Source: Bacteroidota bacterium
Lineage (GTDB): Bacteria; Bacteroidota; Bacteroidia; Chitinophagales; Saprospiraceae
DNA length: 64,000 nucleotides
Direction: 5' to 3'
Assembly: GCA_003045895.1 (NCBI GenBank)
Contig: PZPC01000021.1
Location: forward strand, 2,142-66,141
Made by a program: the position numbers and the translations under genes
Notes under the pieces: generated by a model
Database searches by the model: none
The model's input: only the letters and a program-made list of their open reading frames with translations
Told to the model about the DNA's origin: nothing
Shown: one piece after another, positions 62,951 through 64,000 of the stretch
How the letters are laid out: each line of letters opens with the position of its first letter
Numbering within the stretch: the stretch's first letter is position 1

Positions 62951-64000
62951 TTAGATGACAACAACCTGTGGCTTTTCCTTCAACATTTTGATCTTGATCT
63001 GGAAAGCAGCAAAAATGAGGGTCATAATAGGGCTGAGGTAATTGAAGATGGCGTAGAAAAAATAGTCGGATACGGCTACTCCCAGTACGCCCGACTGGTA
63101 GGCGCCGCAGGTATTCCAGGGTACGAGTACCGAGGTGACGGTGCCCGAGTCTTCGAGCGTACGGCTCAGATTTTCGGGAGCCAGCCCGCGTTCTTCGTAA
63201 GCTTTGGCAAACATCTTACCGGGTACGACGATGGCCAGGTACTGATCGGAGGCTGTGACGTTGAGCGCCAAACAACTGGCCACCGTGCTGGCAAAAAGGC
63301 TAAAAGTGGTCTTGGCCATATCGAGCAACACCCGACTGATGCGCGCCAGAGCACCGATGGCTTCCATGATGCCACCAAAAACCATGGCACAGAGAATGAG
63401 CCAGATGGTACCCAGCATGCCCGCCATCCCCTTGGCCGAAAACAGGTCGTTGAGCAGGGCGTTGTCGGTTTCGACGGATGTACTCACCGTGATCGACTTC
63501 ATCACGCCCATATAGGCCGAGCGAAAATCGAGGGTTTCTACTCCTGCTACCCCGGCCACAATATTTGGCTGAAAAATAACCGCAAATACGCCTCCCAACA
63601 GCGTGCCCGCCAGGAGGGCGATCAGCGGCTTGGTTTTGCGGACGATCAGAAAAATAACCGTCGCCGGCACCAAAAACAGGATCGGGCTGATGTAGAATTT
63701 CTCTTGCATGGCTGCCAACAAGTCTTTGCTGTCGGCAGCACCCGCCGGATGGAGGGTTAAACCAATGATGGTAAAAATAACAATGGTAATCGTAATGGTA
63801 GGTACCGTCGTCAGCGCCATGTAGCGGATGTGGGTAAACAGGTCGCCACCTGCCATGGCGGGTGCCAGGTTGGTGGTATCGGACAGCGGTGACATTTTAT
63901 CCCCAAAATAAGCGCCCGAAAGGACAGCGCCAGCCACCATTCCCAGCGGGATGCCGATGGCCTGCCCAATACCTACCAGGGCAATGCCGACGGTAGCAGA
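62951..64000 (-). CDS. NhaC-family Na+/H+ antiporter, C-terminal part (ORF runs off the right edge)
   Basis: The frame is open from 64000 (...SATVGIALVGIGQAIGIPLGMVAGAVLSGAYFGDKMSPLSDTTN...), which is a typical NhaC core. The stop is at 62951. Confidence 0.85.
   Translation of the reverse strand, partial: SATVGIALVGIGQAIGIPLGMVAGAVLSGAYFGDKMSPLSDTTNLAPAMAGGDLFTHIRYMALTTVPTITITIVIFTIIGLTLHPAGAADSKDLLAAMQEKFYISPILFLVPATVIFLIVRKTKPLIALLAGTLLGGVFAVIFQPNIVAGVAGVETLDFRSAYMGVMKSITVSTSVETDNALLNDLFSAKGMAGMLGTIWLILCAMVFGGIMEAIGALARISRVLLDMAKTTFSLFASTVASCLALNVTASDQYLAIVVPGKMFAKAYEERGLAPENLSRTLEDSGTVTSVLVPWNTCGAYQSGVLGVAVSDYFFYAIFNYLSPIMTLIFAAFQIKIKMLKEKPQVVVI

Noticed and set aside
1-64000. Mobile genetic elements, prophage, tRNA or rRNA genes, or known defence operons (RM, CBASS, retron, Cas).
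   Set aside because: I recognised no transposase, integrase, reverse transcriptase, nuclease-ATPase pair, tRNA cloverleaf or rRNA-like segment on either strand. The only defence-adjacent signals are the two TA-like pairs and the HD-2TM fusion reported above.

Overview
This is a 64-kb chromosomal window from a moderately GC-rich Bacteroidota genome. That assignment is an inference. Three proteins end in Por/T9SS-type C-terminal sorting domains (LFPNP...VVK), lipobox signal peptides are common, and the promoter-like sites fit TTTG/TAnnTTTG. A Saprospiria-like origin is possible, but I cannot verify it without a search. I call about 50 protein genes. Most are housekeeping: recJ, dnaX, polA, rsmG, an RluA-family synthase, methylmalonyl-CoA epimerase, and M1/M16/M23/M28 peptidases. 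Others are secreted or T9SS cargo: a GH16 glucanase, a PGRP-type amidase, a CRTAC1/FG-GAP protein and a GH13 amylase. I recognised no rRNA, tRNA, CRISPR array, transposase or integrase. The long ORFs antisense to recognisable genes are GC-driven shadow ORFs. The observations I rate highest are these. (1) A roughly 300-bp element occurs twice (19916-20232 and 41427-41740). It has its own promoter-like block, near-invariant cores, and pairing-preserving substitutions in five predicted helices, so I treat it as an unassigned structured-RNA candidate. (2) A 176-bp nested palindrome lies next to copy 1. (3) An A9 slippery run sits in dnaX at the domain III / linker boundary, and the -1 frame hits a stop after two more codons, which would give a gamma-like product. 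(4) An AT-rich decaying island at 26.4-29.8 kb holds a DUF4160 / DUF2442-HTH pair, a duplicated DUF2442 remnant, and a frameshifted DUF763 gene next to an AlkA-like glycosylase. (5) A five-haem cytochrome c with a possible T9SS tail lies directly upstream of the CRTAC1-like T9SS cargo gene. (6) An HD-domain protein is fused to a Pycsar-effector-like 2TM module, and a 36-bp duplication upstream of it creates a coupled leader ORF. All family names come from motif recognition by eye and from memory. No database search was run.
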